DNA of 63,920 nt, the filler included, from Octopus bimaculoides (Eukaryota): the NCBI RefSeq assembly GCF_001194135.2. It is 7 parts of 7 records of this genome, joined end to end, with 100 filler letters (N's around TTAATTAATTAA, not from the genome) between each part and the next. Parts side by side here need not be neighbours in the genome. Positions count along the whole stretch, not along the records: positions 22,188 to 38,709 come from NC_068988.1; positions 38,810 to 47,749 come from NC_068986.1; positions 47,850 to 54,381 come from NC_068987.1; 4 more parts are not named here. One strand, written 5' to 3'. This document shows, in pieces, positions 37,131-50,330 of the stretch (within the stretch, counting starts at the first letter, position 1; each line of letters opens with the position of its first letter). The notes below the pieces were generated by a model that saw nothing but the letters and a program-made list of their open reading frames with translations, searched no databases and was not told the origin of the DNA. The position numbers were made by a program, and so were the translations under genes.

Positions 37131-38272
37131 TTTGTTGTAGCCTGGCCCATCTCATGATGTGACCCGCTTTTCGAAAAAAGTTGTCCATGCCTCATCTAGA
37201 CTCTCTCCAAATGTTAGCAGATACCATAGGAGGGTACGAACCTCCCCCAGATGTAAAACGAGTACTATTCGGAGGTACTAACCTCCTCTAGATGTAAATA
37301 GTACTTGCAGAAATGGAGTCCTCCAAGATGTGTGAAATGGCTAACCCTCTATATTTACAGCTTTAGTCCATCGAACAGGCTTTTACGTAGTTTCCATTCT
37401 GCCCAGTTTCATTTAAAAGGTTTAGGCAAGTCTGAGGTTACGGTAAGAAACACTTGCACAAGAATGCCAAGTAGTAGAGCCAAACCTGAGACCACCTGTT
37501 TTAAGAATAGAACTACTTAACCACTTGGCAATGCTGTACACGCACGCACACTCAAAGACGCATAAAAAGACCAATCGAAAAAACAAAAAAGCTAAAAGTA
37601 AAATATATAATAATAGTAAATAAGTAGAAATTCATGCTAGTTAATCATGTATTCTACGTTCTGTATATTTTGCAAGATGGCGGTATTAAAGAAGATTTGG
37701 CGTTCGTTTTATATTTTTCTTCTCCCTTTCTATGTCTTCTCGTATTTTTCACACTTTTGTCTAACTTTAATGCTTTTCAGCATTGAATGTGATCGGACTC
37801 ACGTGAAACTCGAGCAAGACTTAGTGGCAAAGTGAAAATCCAGGATAGATTAACAATGATTAAATACCGGGCTTTGTGGATAGATGGCTAGCTGGCTGGC
37901 TGGTTCTCTGGCTGGACGGATGCGAGAATGTTGGTTTGAATGGTGGAAAATAAAATATTTAAAAAGAGGAGGGAATAAGGAAAGAAACATACGTATGAGA
38001 ACAGAAAGAAAGAAAGAAAGAAAGAACGAAAGGAAGTAAGAAAGAAAGAATGAATGAAAGAAAAGAAAGGAGATACCAAGAACCCTTCATTGTTTTACAA
38101 GACGAAAGGAACGGTTGCGGATAATCGTCTCGTTTTTCATTCATTTTAATAGGAATCAGGTTCTGATGCAATCTTACTAGATTGATATGTATGTATGCAT
38201 GAATGTATGTATGTACGTATGTATGTACGTATGTATGTATGTATGTATGCATGTACTATCGCGTATGTGTGG

Positions 38273-38306
<34 letters not shown>

Positions 38307-38417
38307 GCGCATGCGTACGTATATCTATGATGAGATAAATATCTAGCTAGCCAGCAAGCTAGACACACGCTATCTCAAAGCTTGAGTTTTAGGACTGACG
38401 TTCCTTTTATGTATATA

Positions 38418-38508
38418 CTAGCAGAAATACCCGGCGTTGCCCGGGTTAAAGAGAATAATGAAATCTAAAAACGCCGTCTAGACTACGCATCATCTTTATA
38501 TATAGAGA
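38418..38508 (-). mobile_element. Miniature non-autonomous Helitron-type element (91 bp)
   Basis: On the minus strand: A|TCTCTATATATAAAG ... cccgggcaacgccggg hairpin, tatttctg, CTAG|T. Confidence 0.75.
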
Positions 38509-38809
38509 TGTATATACACACACGCACCCAAACACACGTATATATATGTATATCAATATAAATATATGAAAGTTAATGAAGTTTCGTAAAAGAAGGTGAT
38601 CATGTACATACTTTCTTGCTGTTGTGATTATAACACCTCGTTGTAAACAATGTTCCTTGTTTTCCCTTGTGGAGCATATACAAATAGGTTTTTTTGCTGC
38701 CCACTCTTGNNNNNNNNNNNNNNNNNNNNNNNNNNNNNNNNNNNNNNNNNNNNTTAATTAATTAANNNNNNNNNNNNNNNNNNNNNNNNNNNNNNNNNNN
38801 NNNNNNNNN

Positions 38810-38843
<34 letters not shown>

Positions 38844-38898
38844 TAACCATGTATATATATATATATATATATATGTGTATACATATATGTATATATAT

Positions 38899-40171
38899 TG
38901 TTACGAACGCCCGCGTGGAGCACCTCAACGAAGAGAAAACTCGCGCACGCGAACGTCGACGCTCAGTGAGTCGGGACGTCTGCCATGACTAAGCCCAGCC
39001 GGAGCACGTAACGATGACAACAGACAGAAAGGAAGAAATAATAACACAGACCATACGTTGCGTAGTGAAACTAACTTTTTTTTTCAAAACAAAACAAAAC
39101 ATTCATTGCATAACAATAATCCTTAATACTTGCTTTTGAAATAACACGTGTAACAATTGTTTCCAAGCATTTAACAAAGGTTTTCAGAACAATTACGAAG
39201 TCTACAATCATTTCACATAATCATAAAGTTTTCAATCAAAGTTCGTGTCTCAAAAGTCAATTAAAAGTTCTTTTTCTTCTTTTGTTTTTCTTTTCTCCCT
39301 CTTTTAACACAGTTAACAAAAGTTAACAAAGTTCTTTTTCTTTTAAAACATGTAACAACAAAGTACATTTTTTCTTTAAAGAATATTTAAAGAATATTTA
39401 AACAAACATTTACCGTAACCAATTCAAATCTCCCACTACAGTGATAAGAACTGACCAACGTAGTCTGCTACAATCTTTTGCATGCCACAACAGTTCCATA
39501 TCTCTGTCCCTCTCTCTGATTGCTTCAGTCCCTATCTGCTGACTGGTACCTTCTGACAATAGCCTCTCTCTCTCTCTCTCAGCCTCTGTCTGTCAGTCTC
39601 TCTGTTCATCTTGCTTCTCCANNNNNNNNNNNNNNNNNNNNNNNNNNNNNNNNNNNNNNNNNNNNNNNNNNNNNNNNNNNNNNNNNNNNNNNNNNNNNNN
39701 NNNNNNNNNNNNNNNNNNNNNNNNNNNNNNNNNNNNNNNNNNNNNNNNNNNNNNNNNNNNNNNNNNNNNNNNNNNNNNNNNNNNNNNNNNNNNNNNNNNN
39801 NNNNNNNNNNNNNNNNNNNNNNNNNNNNNNNNNNNNNNNNNNNNNNNNNNNNNNNNNNNNNNNNNNNNNNNNNNNNNNNNNNNNNNNNNNNNNNNNNNNN
39901 NNNNNNNNNNNNNNNNNNNNNNNNNNNNNNNNNNNNNNNNNNNNNNNNNNNNNNNNNNNNNNNNNNACCGAACTCGCGTTCTTCACCCAATGACTTTGTT
40001 TACACCAACTGTGCTTCCCGAAACTATGCTCCTGTATTTATGACAAATACCCCTTCCAAAGCTGGGTCAGTTTAGTACAGTTCCTAACTTGTTTTTCTAA
40101 ACTTTCGATGACCGGAAAGGGTCAGCGATCACACTCCTACGCTATAAATAGCTGTGCTTGTTGACACGACA
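38899..40171. mobile_element. Possible solo LTR or unclassified CpG-rich repeat
   Basis: Begins TGTTACG abruptly after (TA)n and could end ...ACGACA. No TSD found, and there is an internal gap. Confidence 0.35.
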
Positions 40172-41393
40172 AAAGAAATACCAATGCCCTGACCGACTAG
40201 AAAACGGTTTCAAACCCAGCTCGGGGAATAGGGACATAACGTTATTTTGTTTTTCGGCGGTCCGTATCAATATATTTGTATCTATATATATGCATATAAA
40301 TATGTGTGTATATGTATATAAATGTAAATATATACAGATGTATATATATATAACATAAATAATATATAATTATAATGTACCGACATCTATATGTATACAT
40401 ACAAGCATATATGGGTACAGGACATCACAAAAAACGTTAAATACAATGAGAAAACAAAGATGAAGACAAAAAACGAACTTTTTTTCAGACAACGAAAAAA
40501 ACAAACAGAGAAACAAGACATGCAACATAAATAATGTTACCCTTCTTCAGTTGTCCCTGTGCCATATATGAGTGTATACATATATGTATGTATATATATA
40601 TATGTGCATGTATACATATTTGTATATATCTTTTATCAGATTCTCTATTTGCTGCTGATGAGATTAGTAAATCCTGTCTCTTCATGGATTTTTGGCTGTC
40701 TACCATTGGTTTAGGATTTAGGAAGTCAAGGCACTACATTGTTACTGGGTGGCTTTATTACATTGCCAACCCATTTCCTTGTAAAACGAACAAAGACACT
40801 TAGGTCACATGAAGAGCTTTTCTGATGGAAGTATATCTACAGCTGTCTCATACCAGTATCTCTATATAAACTGTAAACCCTGCTTTTCAAGATCTTCTAG
40901 CCTTTAGATTGTTTCTTTATGTTTCTTCAGATTGTAGGAATATGTTTTCAGATTGTGATACAGCGAATAAAGGTGTTTGCCTAATTTCCAAGTTGCCAGC
41001 GTATATCCCCCGTGTTCCTTAATCTTTCAGATGTAGATGCCAGGTTAACTCTTCTCCCAAGCATAGAGAAAGAAATCTCAACTCTTTTTTTAGAAACTTT
41101 TCATTGTTAACTAATTTAGGATTATTATGCATCTAAATTAACAGTTACTAATGAGTATGATATTTTCGAGTTACTTTAGCATGGCTATATCAAAAGTAAT
41201 TAGGACCATAACTGAAGTTAAAAATCTTAGTCACAAACAGATTCTACTTCAATGCACCACTGTCTTAACTATTCTAATATTCTGTAACAGCTTTATTTTC
41301 TGCAATTCTATTTTCTTTCTTTTTTTCTTTTTATATTTATCTTTCATACTTTTACAGATTGTTTGGTTTTCCTGATATGACATTTTCAAAATC

Positions 41394-41451
<58 letters not shown>

Positions 41452-43349
41452 NNNNNNNNNNNNNNNNNNNNNNNNNNNNNNNNNNNNNNNNNNNNNNNNN
41501 NNNNNNNNNNNNNNNNNNNNNNNNNNNNNNNNNNNNNNNNNNNNNNNNNNNNNNNNNNNNNNNNNNNNNNNNNNNNNNNNNNNNNNNNNNNNNNNNNNNN
41601 NNNNNNNNNNNNNNNNNNNNNNNNNNNNNNNNNNNNNNNNNNNNNNNNNNNNNNNNNNNNNNNNNNNNNNNNNNNNNNNNNNNNNNNNNNNNNNNNNNNN
41701 NNNNNNNNNNNNNNNNNNNNNNNNNNNNNNNNNNNNNNNNNNNNNNNNNNNNNNNNNNNNNNNNCCCCCTCTCTCTCTCTCCCTCCCCCTCTCTGACACA
41801 CACACACACACACAGTCTTTATTTCAATTGCTCATGTTGAAAAATATCAGTGCTAATTTACTTGACATTTCTCAAGATTCAGTTCGAAAATATTGCCAAG
41901 TAATTATGCATGAAAATACAAACTTTAACCCATTTCATTTGGTGTAGAGAAGATAATGATAATGATCATTTCTGAACGATTTCTTAAATCAAATGAAATT
42001 GTTGTTGTTGTTGTTTTTATTCTATTGACTTGTTATTATAAAAGTAATCAGTTTTTAATTTCATTATTAAAGAGTTTTAAAGTTTAGAGTTAATTTGAAG
42101 ATGCCATAATTAGCTTTCGAGTGTCTAAGCGACTAATATATCTGCATTATCAAAGATTACTTTAGCCACTATTATCTCAAAACTGGCTCTTACAAAATAG
42201 TGTGCGTTAAGAGTCTTCATTAATCTTCACCTCAAGTCAATGTTATGTCGATTTTTGACAAAAATTATGAAAATTCACCATTTATCACATCTATAAATTG
42301 ATTAGCGATTTTTCCTGATGAACTGATATTTTAGAAATGACAAACGTAAATTTTGTTGAAGTCATTAATTTTAACAAATTCATGTGCATAAGTACTCGCA
42401 AACCCATGTGCACACGCACGCACATGCATGCACAGACAAACACATACCAGCCTGCTTTTTCTTGAATCTCTCAGCTACTGGATTTGAATTTTTGTGGAGC
42501 AAGTGTAACATGGCTGTGTGATTAAGCAGTTCCTTTTATGTCCCACTATGCAATGTGATGAGCCAGTGTCTTCTACCAAAGCCTTAGAATGATCTCTACT
42601 TTGGAAGTGAAATCAAAATAGCAAAGAAACTGTTCAGAAGGTTATGTCCCCCCACCCACCCCACCCACACACACACGTGTATTTATGTATATTTGTCACT
42701 GTTGTATAAAGATTTGTCACTGTTGTACAAAGAAGATAAATATCAGTGTAAAAACCACAAAAAAGCTCGTATTTCTCAAAGTAACTTGAGATATTAGTTT
42801 TACATCATGTTGTAGACACTCACTTGATTCACTGACTGTTAGAAATCACTAATTAGCTATTGGAATCACTAATTAGCTATTGGAATCACTAATTAGCTAT
42901 TGGAAAACTAGTAACCAAAGATAGCTGTTGATCATCACTTTTGGGGTTTTTTTGTTGATCATCATGTTGGGGTCATCACTTTTATCATCATTTTACATCA
43001 GCTTTCCATTGTAGCATGAGTTTCAGGATTTGTCACAAACCAGTGTCTCAAGCCAACTCCATAGTTATTCAAAGTTGCTACCCCTCTCCACTAATGGGTC
43101 AAAGGACCATATCTTGCTCATGCATTCCACTTTGGCTTGATTTCCATCACTAAAAGCCCTTCAGAACATCAGCCACTTTACAGAGGGTATTGAGTGCATT
43201 TTATTGTGACACTAACACCAGTAAGATACTTTTGTTCTCTGCAAGACTAGAGAGCCCTCACTACTCTTCATTGCCTCCATTCATTCAATGCAACATAATC
43301 AGATGGTTGAATAGAAGATGGTAATGACAGAAAATGTAGAGGACACTAT

Positions 43350-43660
43350 TCATCTTCTTCTTCTTAATCCTTTTTTTCCCCTTGTGGAGCATAGGGCCTC
43401 AACAGTTGTTTTCCACTTTTTGCGGTCATTGGCATGTTTCTTGACTGCTTCCAATGTCAGGCTGGTGGTCCTGAGCTCGTCCAAAATGCTCCGCTTCCAT
43501 GTCTGCTTCAGGCGTCCTCGCTTCCTTTTCCCCTGCGGGTTCCAGTCAAGTGCTTGTCATGTGACATTTGTAGGTTCTTTCCGCAGTGTATGTCCGATCC
43601 ATCTCCATTTCCTTCATTTAATCTGAACATGTATGGGCTCCTGGTTGGCTCTTTCATCCT
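43350..43660 (-). mobile_element. RTE-clade LINE 3' end with (GAA)n tail
   Basis: IKWRKWRWIGHTLRKEPTNVTxQALDWNPQGKRKRGRxKQTWKRS...LCSTRGKKD*. Confidence 0.88.
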
Positions 43661-43679
43661 TTTGGGGTCAATAAAATAA

Positions 43680-44305
43680 ATACCAGTTGAGCTCTGGGAT
43701 TGATATGATCAACTCATCCCTGCCCCTGAACTTGCTGGCCTTGAAGACGACACTATACATAAGACTGAATCATTAATCTAATATTGGTTTTGATTTTTGG
43801 CCCAGGGGCAGGGATGAGTTGATCATAGCAATCCCAGAGCTCAACTGGTACTTATTTTATTGACCCCCAAAAGGATGAAAGGCAAAGTCAAACTCAGCAG
43901 AATTTGAACTCAGAACTTATTGACAGACAATGCTGCTACACATTTTGCCCAGCATGCTAACGATTCTCACCCCATTCACTTATGAATGACCATGAGACTG
44001 CACCTAGAAGGTTCCCCTCTGAGGCACAAGTCTGGGCAAGGTTGTTTATGGAATACCAGCAGCTGCCCATGCATACCAGCCTCCCCTCTCTATGTCACCA
44101 ATGTTATCCAAGGGAATGACAATTGCCAATACTACTTGATACTTACTAGTGATGTCACAACTCATTTCTACAGCTGAGATAACTGGAGCAGCATGAAATA
44201 AAGTGTCTTGCTCAAGAACACAGCACACAGCCCAATCCGAGAATCGAACTCACTGCCTCATGACTGTAAATTCAATGCTCTAATCACTGAGCTATGTGCT
44301 TTCAT
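43680..44305 (-). mobile_element. CpG-decayed SINE D (43680-43975) and SINE C (43985-44305)
   Basis: Family motifs with CG changed to TG or CA. Confidence 0.8.
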
Positions 44306-44342
44306 TATTTGATATTAATACTAACATTATTTAATTGTTTAA

Positions 44343-44563
44343 CCCTTTAGCACTCACATTATTCTATCAAAAGTAATGCTCATTTATTCACTTTATTTTG
44401 AATTAATCATGCATTATCTTGAATCTTTTTGAGATTTTAATAAAGTAACTATTAATTTTTAGAATGATATCGTAGGATTGGTTGAGGGTCTATATTTGGC
44501 CAGTTTGAACATAAAGCAGGTAAAATATTTGGACCTAATATGGCTGGTTTAAATGTTAAAGGG
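44343..44563. mobile_element. piggyBac-type MITE, second family (221 bp)
   Basis: TTAA|CCCTTTAGCA ... TGTTAAAGGG|TTAA. Confidence 0.85.
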
Positions 44564-45002
44564 TTAAATATAACTAAAAGTAAATGTTTCATATTTGTAT
44601 TCAGTTTGCAAGATTTTTTTATGTGAATACTAGGGAGAGTCGTTATGCAAATAACAATAAGCACGTGCACAATAAAGGAGTGAAGTTGAACACCCAAGCA
44701 ATTGTCTAACAATATTGGAGTGAAGTTGAACTAGCGCATGTGTTTACTATTATTGGTATAATGACCTTCCCCAGATACAAGTTAAAAGTAAATGATTGCA
44801 GCATGGAAGAACATGTTAGCCAATAAGAAACACACAAAGGCAATTAACTTCACTTATTGCTTCATTTATTGCTTGTAATATGGTGTTAAAATTTTCATTG
44901 CTCAAAACTGTAACCCATTCACTAACACAGTACACTGCAGTGTACTTTTCCCTGTGACCAGGTCATAGTTATGAATGAGTGATGAGAATTTTGCCACCAT
45001 GT

Positions 45003-45372
45003 TAGGCATGGCTGTGTGGTAAGAAGTTTGCTCCCCAACCACATGAACCTGGGTTCAGTCCCAATACATGGCAACTTGGGCAAATATCTTCTACTATACC
45101 CTCAGGCCAACGAAAGCTTTGTGAGTGGATTTGGTTGACAGAAACTGAAAGAAGCCCATCATATGTGTGTGTTTGTCCCCCACAACTACTTGACAACTGG
45201 TGTTGGCATATTTATGTCCTCGTAACCTAGCAGTTCAGCAAATTTGACCAATAGAATAAGTATCAGGCTTTACAAAACATACTAAGTACTGGGATCAATT
45301 CACTCAACAAAAATCCCTCAAAACAGTGCCCCAGCATGGCTGCAGTCTAAAGACTGAAACAAGTAAAAGATG
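45003..45372 (+). mobile_element. Old full-length SINE family A
   Basis: Head, CORE-like block, short microsatellite, 3' module and tail. Confidence 0.8.
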
Positions 45373-45559
45373 AAAGATATCACAAATAATAACCATTAAC
45401 AATTCTTTTGTGTTTTTGAATAGTTGTTATGTGTTTTTAATGCTGCAATCATTTTGGTTTCAACACACAGTCCCAGATAAAATCTCTTGCTTGGCATGTA
45501 CATCTCTGTTGAAGTAAATTGTACATTTTCTGTTTTTATAATCATGATATACTTATCAT

Positions 45560-45985
45560 TAGCATTTTAACGTCCACTTTTCCCTACTCTGATAGAATTT
45601 GTTGAGGTGGATATTATATGGCCAGATGCCCTTCCTGTCACTAACACTAACTCGTTATCATGTAAGGTTAATATTTCCCCATAACAGCACATGTTTTCAC
45701 GGAAGAATGGAAACAAAGGACATTGCTTGCATGACAGTGATACTTGCCTACAACCATCACACATTGTAAAGACAAGGAGAAGGCAACACGCATACACACA
45801 CACACACATGCACGCTCACACACACATGTATGCATGTTTCTATCTCTGTCTTTCAAATTCACTCACAAACCTTTGGTCAGCCTGGGACAAAAGTAGAAGA
45901 CACTTGCTCCAGGTGCCACACAGTGAGACTGAATGTGAAATATGTTCTTGAGAAGAAAACTTCTTACCAGAAAGCCATGCCTGCA
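45560..45985 (-). mobile_element. Composite SINE: family A head plus RTE-type 3' module
   Basis: Same architecture as 19890-20290. Confidence 0.65.
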
Positions 45986-46997
45986 CCAATATAGACAAAG
46001 AAAATAATTTTGCTGTTGGAACATCAGAAACACATCTTTTCTTCTAAATATATATATATTCCCATGAAATAAAACAAAAAATGAATTTTAAAGGTTGGTT
46101 GGCATCCATGATTTTGTATTTTTTCTTTGCAATTTTTTTCTTCACATTCACACAATTTAACATTTTTAAAAACTTCAAAATAAAATTATTGCAAAATGGT
46201 AGATAAAATATTGTGTGTGTGTGTGTGCCTCTATGTGTGCTTATAGATTTATATAATGTGTGTAGTGTGTATTCATAACTTTGAGTTAAAAAGAACGTTT
46301 AGAATGTATTATTATTTTGATTAGAGACACTAAAACTAGAAAACAGTTTTTCTATTAAATATTTTATCTTAGATTCACTAGAAGAGTTTCTTAATTTAGT
46401 TTTCTCTTTTCAAAAATAATGTTTTAGATTTCTCTTTTTTTATATAGAAAAATTATTTCTTTTCATTTTTTTTTTTCTCCCTGAATATTTTCTAAAATTA
46501 AAGAAGAATACATTCTATGCTATGAAATTTTAAAAAATGGGCTGATTTGTATTGTAAGACAAATCTGTATTTTTTGTGATCTGTAAACAAAAGAAAATAT
46601 TTCTAGTTGAAGAGCACCAAACTAACTAGAAGCTGATTAAGGGTTTTTCTACTGCCATACTAAAGTCATCTCTCCTAGAAACAGAAAATATTTTCCAACT
46701 CTTATCTTTTGTATTTGTTCTTCAATAACCAACTCATGGGGAATTTGTAATAAAATGTTTGTTAATAGACTGCGACTAGCAACAGCTTACTGATTGCTTT
46801 CAATAAATTGACAAAGAGACTACATGATGCAAATATCAAACTATACAAAGTATTTGTTGAGGTTTAAAACTGTGTTGTCATGTGTGGTTTTTAGAAAGCT
46901 ACAAATAATGCAAATTAGAGATAAAGAGGTGAAAACTAAACTGAAACAGAGGTTTACACTGTCTCTTTATATTTCAGTTTTGAAAAACACTTATCAA

Positions 46998-47036
<39 letters not shown>

Positions 47037-47038
<2 letters not shown>

Positions 47039-47596
47039 CGGCAAGCCAAGTGGGACCCTAGACATGGCCTATGCCAGTGCAGCATAACTGGCACGTTTAA
47101 GAGTACCCTTCAATCATTGGGCAATAAACTGTGCTTGCGAAGACCTGTTGAGTCAAGTGAAGTCATTGACGTGGCTGATGCCAGTACCGCCTGACTAGCT
47201 TCCGTGCTGGTGACATGTAAATAGCACCATTCGAGTGTGATCATTGCCAGTGCCACCTGACTGGCTCCTGTACTAGTGGCACATAAAAAGTACCATTTGA
47301 GCATGGTTGTTGCCAGTGCCATCTGACTGGCTCCCATGCTGGTGGCATGTAAAAAGCACCGTTCTAGTGTGGTCAATGCCAGTGCTGCCTGACTGGCTCT
47401 CATGCCGGTGGCATGTAAAAAGCACCCGCTACACCCTTTGAGTGGTTGGCATTAGGAAGGGCACCCAGCTGTAGAAACTATGCCAGATCAGATTGGAGCC
47501 TGGTACAGCCTTCTGGCTTGCCAGTCCTCAGTCAAACCATCCAACCCATGCCAGCATGGAAATCAAATGTTAAACAACGACAATGATGATGATGAT

Positions 47597-47600
<4 letters not shown>
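47037..47600 (+). mobile_element. Long family E element with four internal 66-bp tandem units and (GAT)n tail
   Basis: gccagt..cc.cctgact.gct units start at 47180, 47246, 47312 and 47378. Confidence 0.85.
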
Positions 47601-47635
<35 letters not shown>

Positions 47636-47701
47636 AGAAAAAAAGTCACTAGAAGTTTGGAAAAAAATCTTTTTATTTAGTCATTATTGTTAGCGCTTTC
47701 A

Positions 47702-47743
<42 letters not shown>

Positions 47744-48129
47744 CACATANNNNNNNNNNNNNNNNNNNNNNNNNNNNNNNNNNNNNNNNNNNNTTAATTA
47801 ATTAANNNNNNNNNNNNNNNNNNNNNNNNNNNNNNNNNNNNNNNNNNNNTATTTTGTTTTTTTACCCAGTAAACACAGAAGGAAACTGGAAATGTTTTAG
47901 TCCTTTTGTTAACTTCTCAGCAAAGAATATTCATTCATTTATTTACTTGTTTCAGTCATTTGACTATGGCTATGCTGGAGCATCACCTTTAGTCAAACAA
48001 ATTGACCCCAGGACTTATTCTTTAATAATAATGAAATTATTGTGTATAGTCCTCAGGTTCACTACAACTGATCATAGGTGCATGTACAGTACATAGAATT
48101 ATGTACAAATGTCAGGTAAGTGAACAGTG

Positions 48130-48830
48130 TATGAGTCATGATATACATGTGTTCATGCGTATAGTGGAGGGGAGATACCAGGTGTAGTGTTGGTGAATTT
48201 CAGGAAGCATGGAGGTTTTAAAGGATGCAATGTCTCGGCAACTAACAACTGATGCAGGTCGTTTGTTCCATGCTTCAGCAACTCTGAGTGTGAAAAAATG
48301 TTTCCGAAAGTCATGGGAGCTGTGCTGTTTTCTGCTTTGTAGGCATGGCCACGTGTGTTAGGCACATGGAGCTCAAAAAGGTGCTGAAGGTGGTTGTTGG
48401 CATGATGATCAGTAATTTTGTGGGTGTTTACCTAGGCATTTGCCAGATGTTGGAGCTTCAATGTATTTATGCCCTGTGAAGCAAGGTGTTCCGAGTATGG
48501 TAGATGTCCGATGGAAGATATTTGCTTGGTTGCATGTCTCTGAACAGTTTCCAGGAGGTCAATGTCCTGAGCAAGACAGCGGTTCCAGATTGGTGATGCA
48601 AATTCCAAGTGTGGCCTTAAATAGATAGCTGGAGAGCAACTGACAAACATCTTACTGAGTGATGCCAAGACACCCTCAGCCTTCTTGACAATTTTAGAGA
48701 TGTGTTTTGTCCAGCACAAATCACTGCTGACAGTAATGCCCAAGTCACATTCACAAGAAGACTTCTTGATATTATGGTGTGGAGAGAGTATGTGAACGCT
48801 GGGTTTTTCTTCCCAAAATGCATGGTGGTT
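48130..48830 (-). mobile_element. CR1-type LINE 3' end
   Basis: DLGITVSSDLCWTKHI..RPHLEFASPIWN..DIDLLETVQRHATK..LPYSE.L..NTRGHAYK..HFFTLRVAEAWN. Confidence 0.9.
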
Positions 48831-48832
48831 CA

Positions 48833-49222
48833 CTTGTGTAAGCCTAGTACTTATTTTATCGGACTCTGTTGCCGAACTGCTAAGTCATGGGGATATAAAC
48901 ACACCAACATCAGTTGTCAAGCGCTGTTAGGGAGACAAGCACACACATACACGAATATATATATATGATAGGCTTCTTTCAGTTTTGTCTACCAAATCCA
49001 CTCACAAGGCTTTGGTCGGCCTGAGGCTATAATAGAAGGCACTTGCCCAAGGTGCCATGCAATGGAACTGAACCTGGGACCATGTGGTTGGGAAGCAAGC
49101 TTCTTACCACACAGCCACACTGCACTAGAGTAAAAAGAAAATACTTGTCCAAGGTGTAATGCAGGGGGACTGAAAACAAAACCATGCGGTTGGGAAGCAA
49201 ACTTCTTGATCACACAGCCATG
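48833..49222 (-). mobile_element. SINE family A with a tandem second head
   Basis: Two head blocks at about 48980-49120 and 49135-49222. Confidence 0.8.
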
Positions 49223-49324
49223 TGTGGTTTATAAAAATGGTAATTCTTTACCCAAGATGGAAAAAGGAGGCTGAATTGGATGCTAGAATTGCAGCTAAAA
49301 AAGATAAAAGGTAAAAACTCCCTT

Positions 49325-49870
49325 TGGTTATGAATGACTACAAGATCGCACCAAGATAGTTCCCCTCTGAGGCACAAGTCTGGGCAAGGTTATTTATAGA
49401 AGACCAGCAATCACCCATGCTTACCAGCCTCCCCTCTCCATGCCACTGATGTTATCCAAGGGAAAGGCAAAGGCAGATACAGCTTGGCACCAGTGACGTT
49501 GCAACTCATTTCAACAGTTGAATGAACTGGAGCAATATGAAATAAAGTACCTTGCTCAAGAACACAACAAACAGCCCAGTCTGGGAATCAAACTCACAAC
49601 CTCATGATAGTGAGCCCAATGCTCTAACCACTTAGCCATGTGCCCTCACAGAATTACAGATGCTGGCGCAGTAATCTTTTCTACTCTAGGCACAAGGCTT
49701 GAAATTTTTAGGGAGGAAGCCAGTCAATTAGATTGACCCCAATATGCAACTGGTACTTAATTTAACAACCCCGAAAGGATGAAAGGCAAAGCTGACTTCG
49801 CCGGAATTTGAACCTAGAATGTAAAGACAGATGAAATACCGCTAAGCATTTTGCCAGGCATGCTAATGTT
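49325..49870 (-). mobile_element. SINE C (49325-49650) and SINE D (49675-49870)
   Basis: Family motifs. Confidence 0.8.
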
Positions 49871-49889
49871 TCTACTAGGTCACCACCTT

Positions 49890-50330
49890 GATGCTGGTGC
49901 AATGCAACAGCTCCAGTATTTAATTCTCACAAGAAGGGAGATTAGTAAAAAATCCAAACATGCTATCTTCTGTTTGGTTTTTGTGCTTGTTCTCATTTAT
50001 GATCATGAATGTTGGGTAATGACTGAAAGAATATGATTGCAAACATAAACAGCCAAAATGGGATTCCTCCAAAGGATCACTGGAGAAATGTTACTTGACA
50101 GGGCACGTAGCTTGGAGATCAGGAAGTCCTTTCAGGTTGAGCCACTACTTTTTCACATCGAGAGGACACAGTGCCAATACTTTGGAATGTGGTTAAAATG
50201 TCACAGGAATGATTGCAAGACAGATTCTTCAAACTGCATTAACTGACAGAAGACCTAGGGGTGGACTAAGTAGAAGGCGGTTGGAAAATGTCCATAGTCT
50301 CTTGGGAATCCAGCCTGAAAACTAACGACT
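49890..50330 (+). pseudogene. Degraded RTE-clade (Expander/Rex3-like) ORF2 C-terminal fragment
   Basis: RREISKKSKHAIF..VLIYDHECWVMTERI..MGFLQRITG..RSLEIRKSFQVEPLLFHIERTQ..YFG. Confidence 0.8.

Noticed and set aside
40520-40560. CTGAAGA-AGGG on the minus strand
   Set aside because: No matching stem II partner or GAAA box visible.
11570-42905. Short tandem repeats of 20-29 bp (11570, 24100, 36020, 42845) as CRISPR-like arrays
   Set aside because: Head-to-tail minisatellites without unique spacers, in a eukaryotic context.
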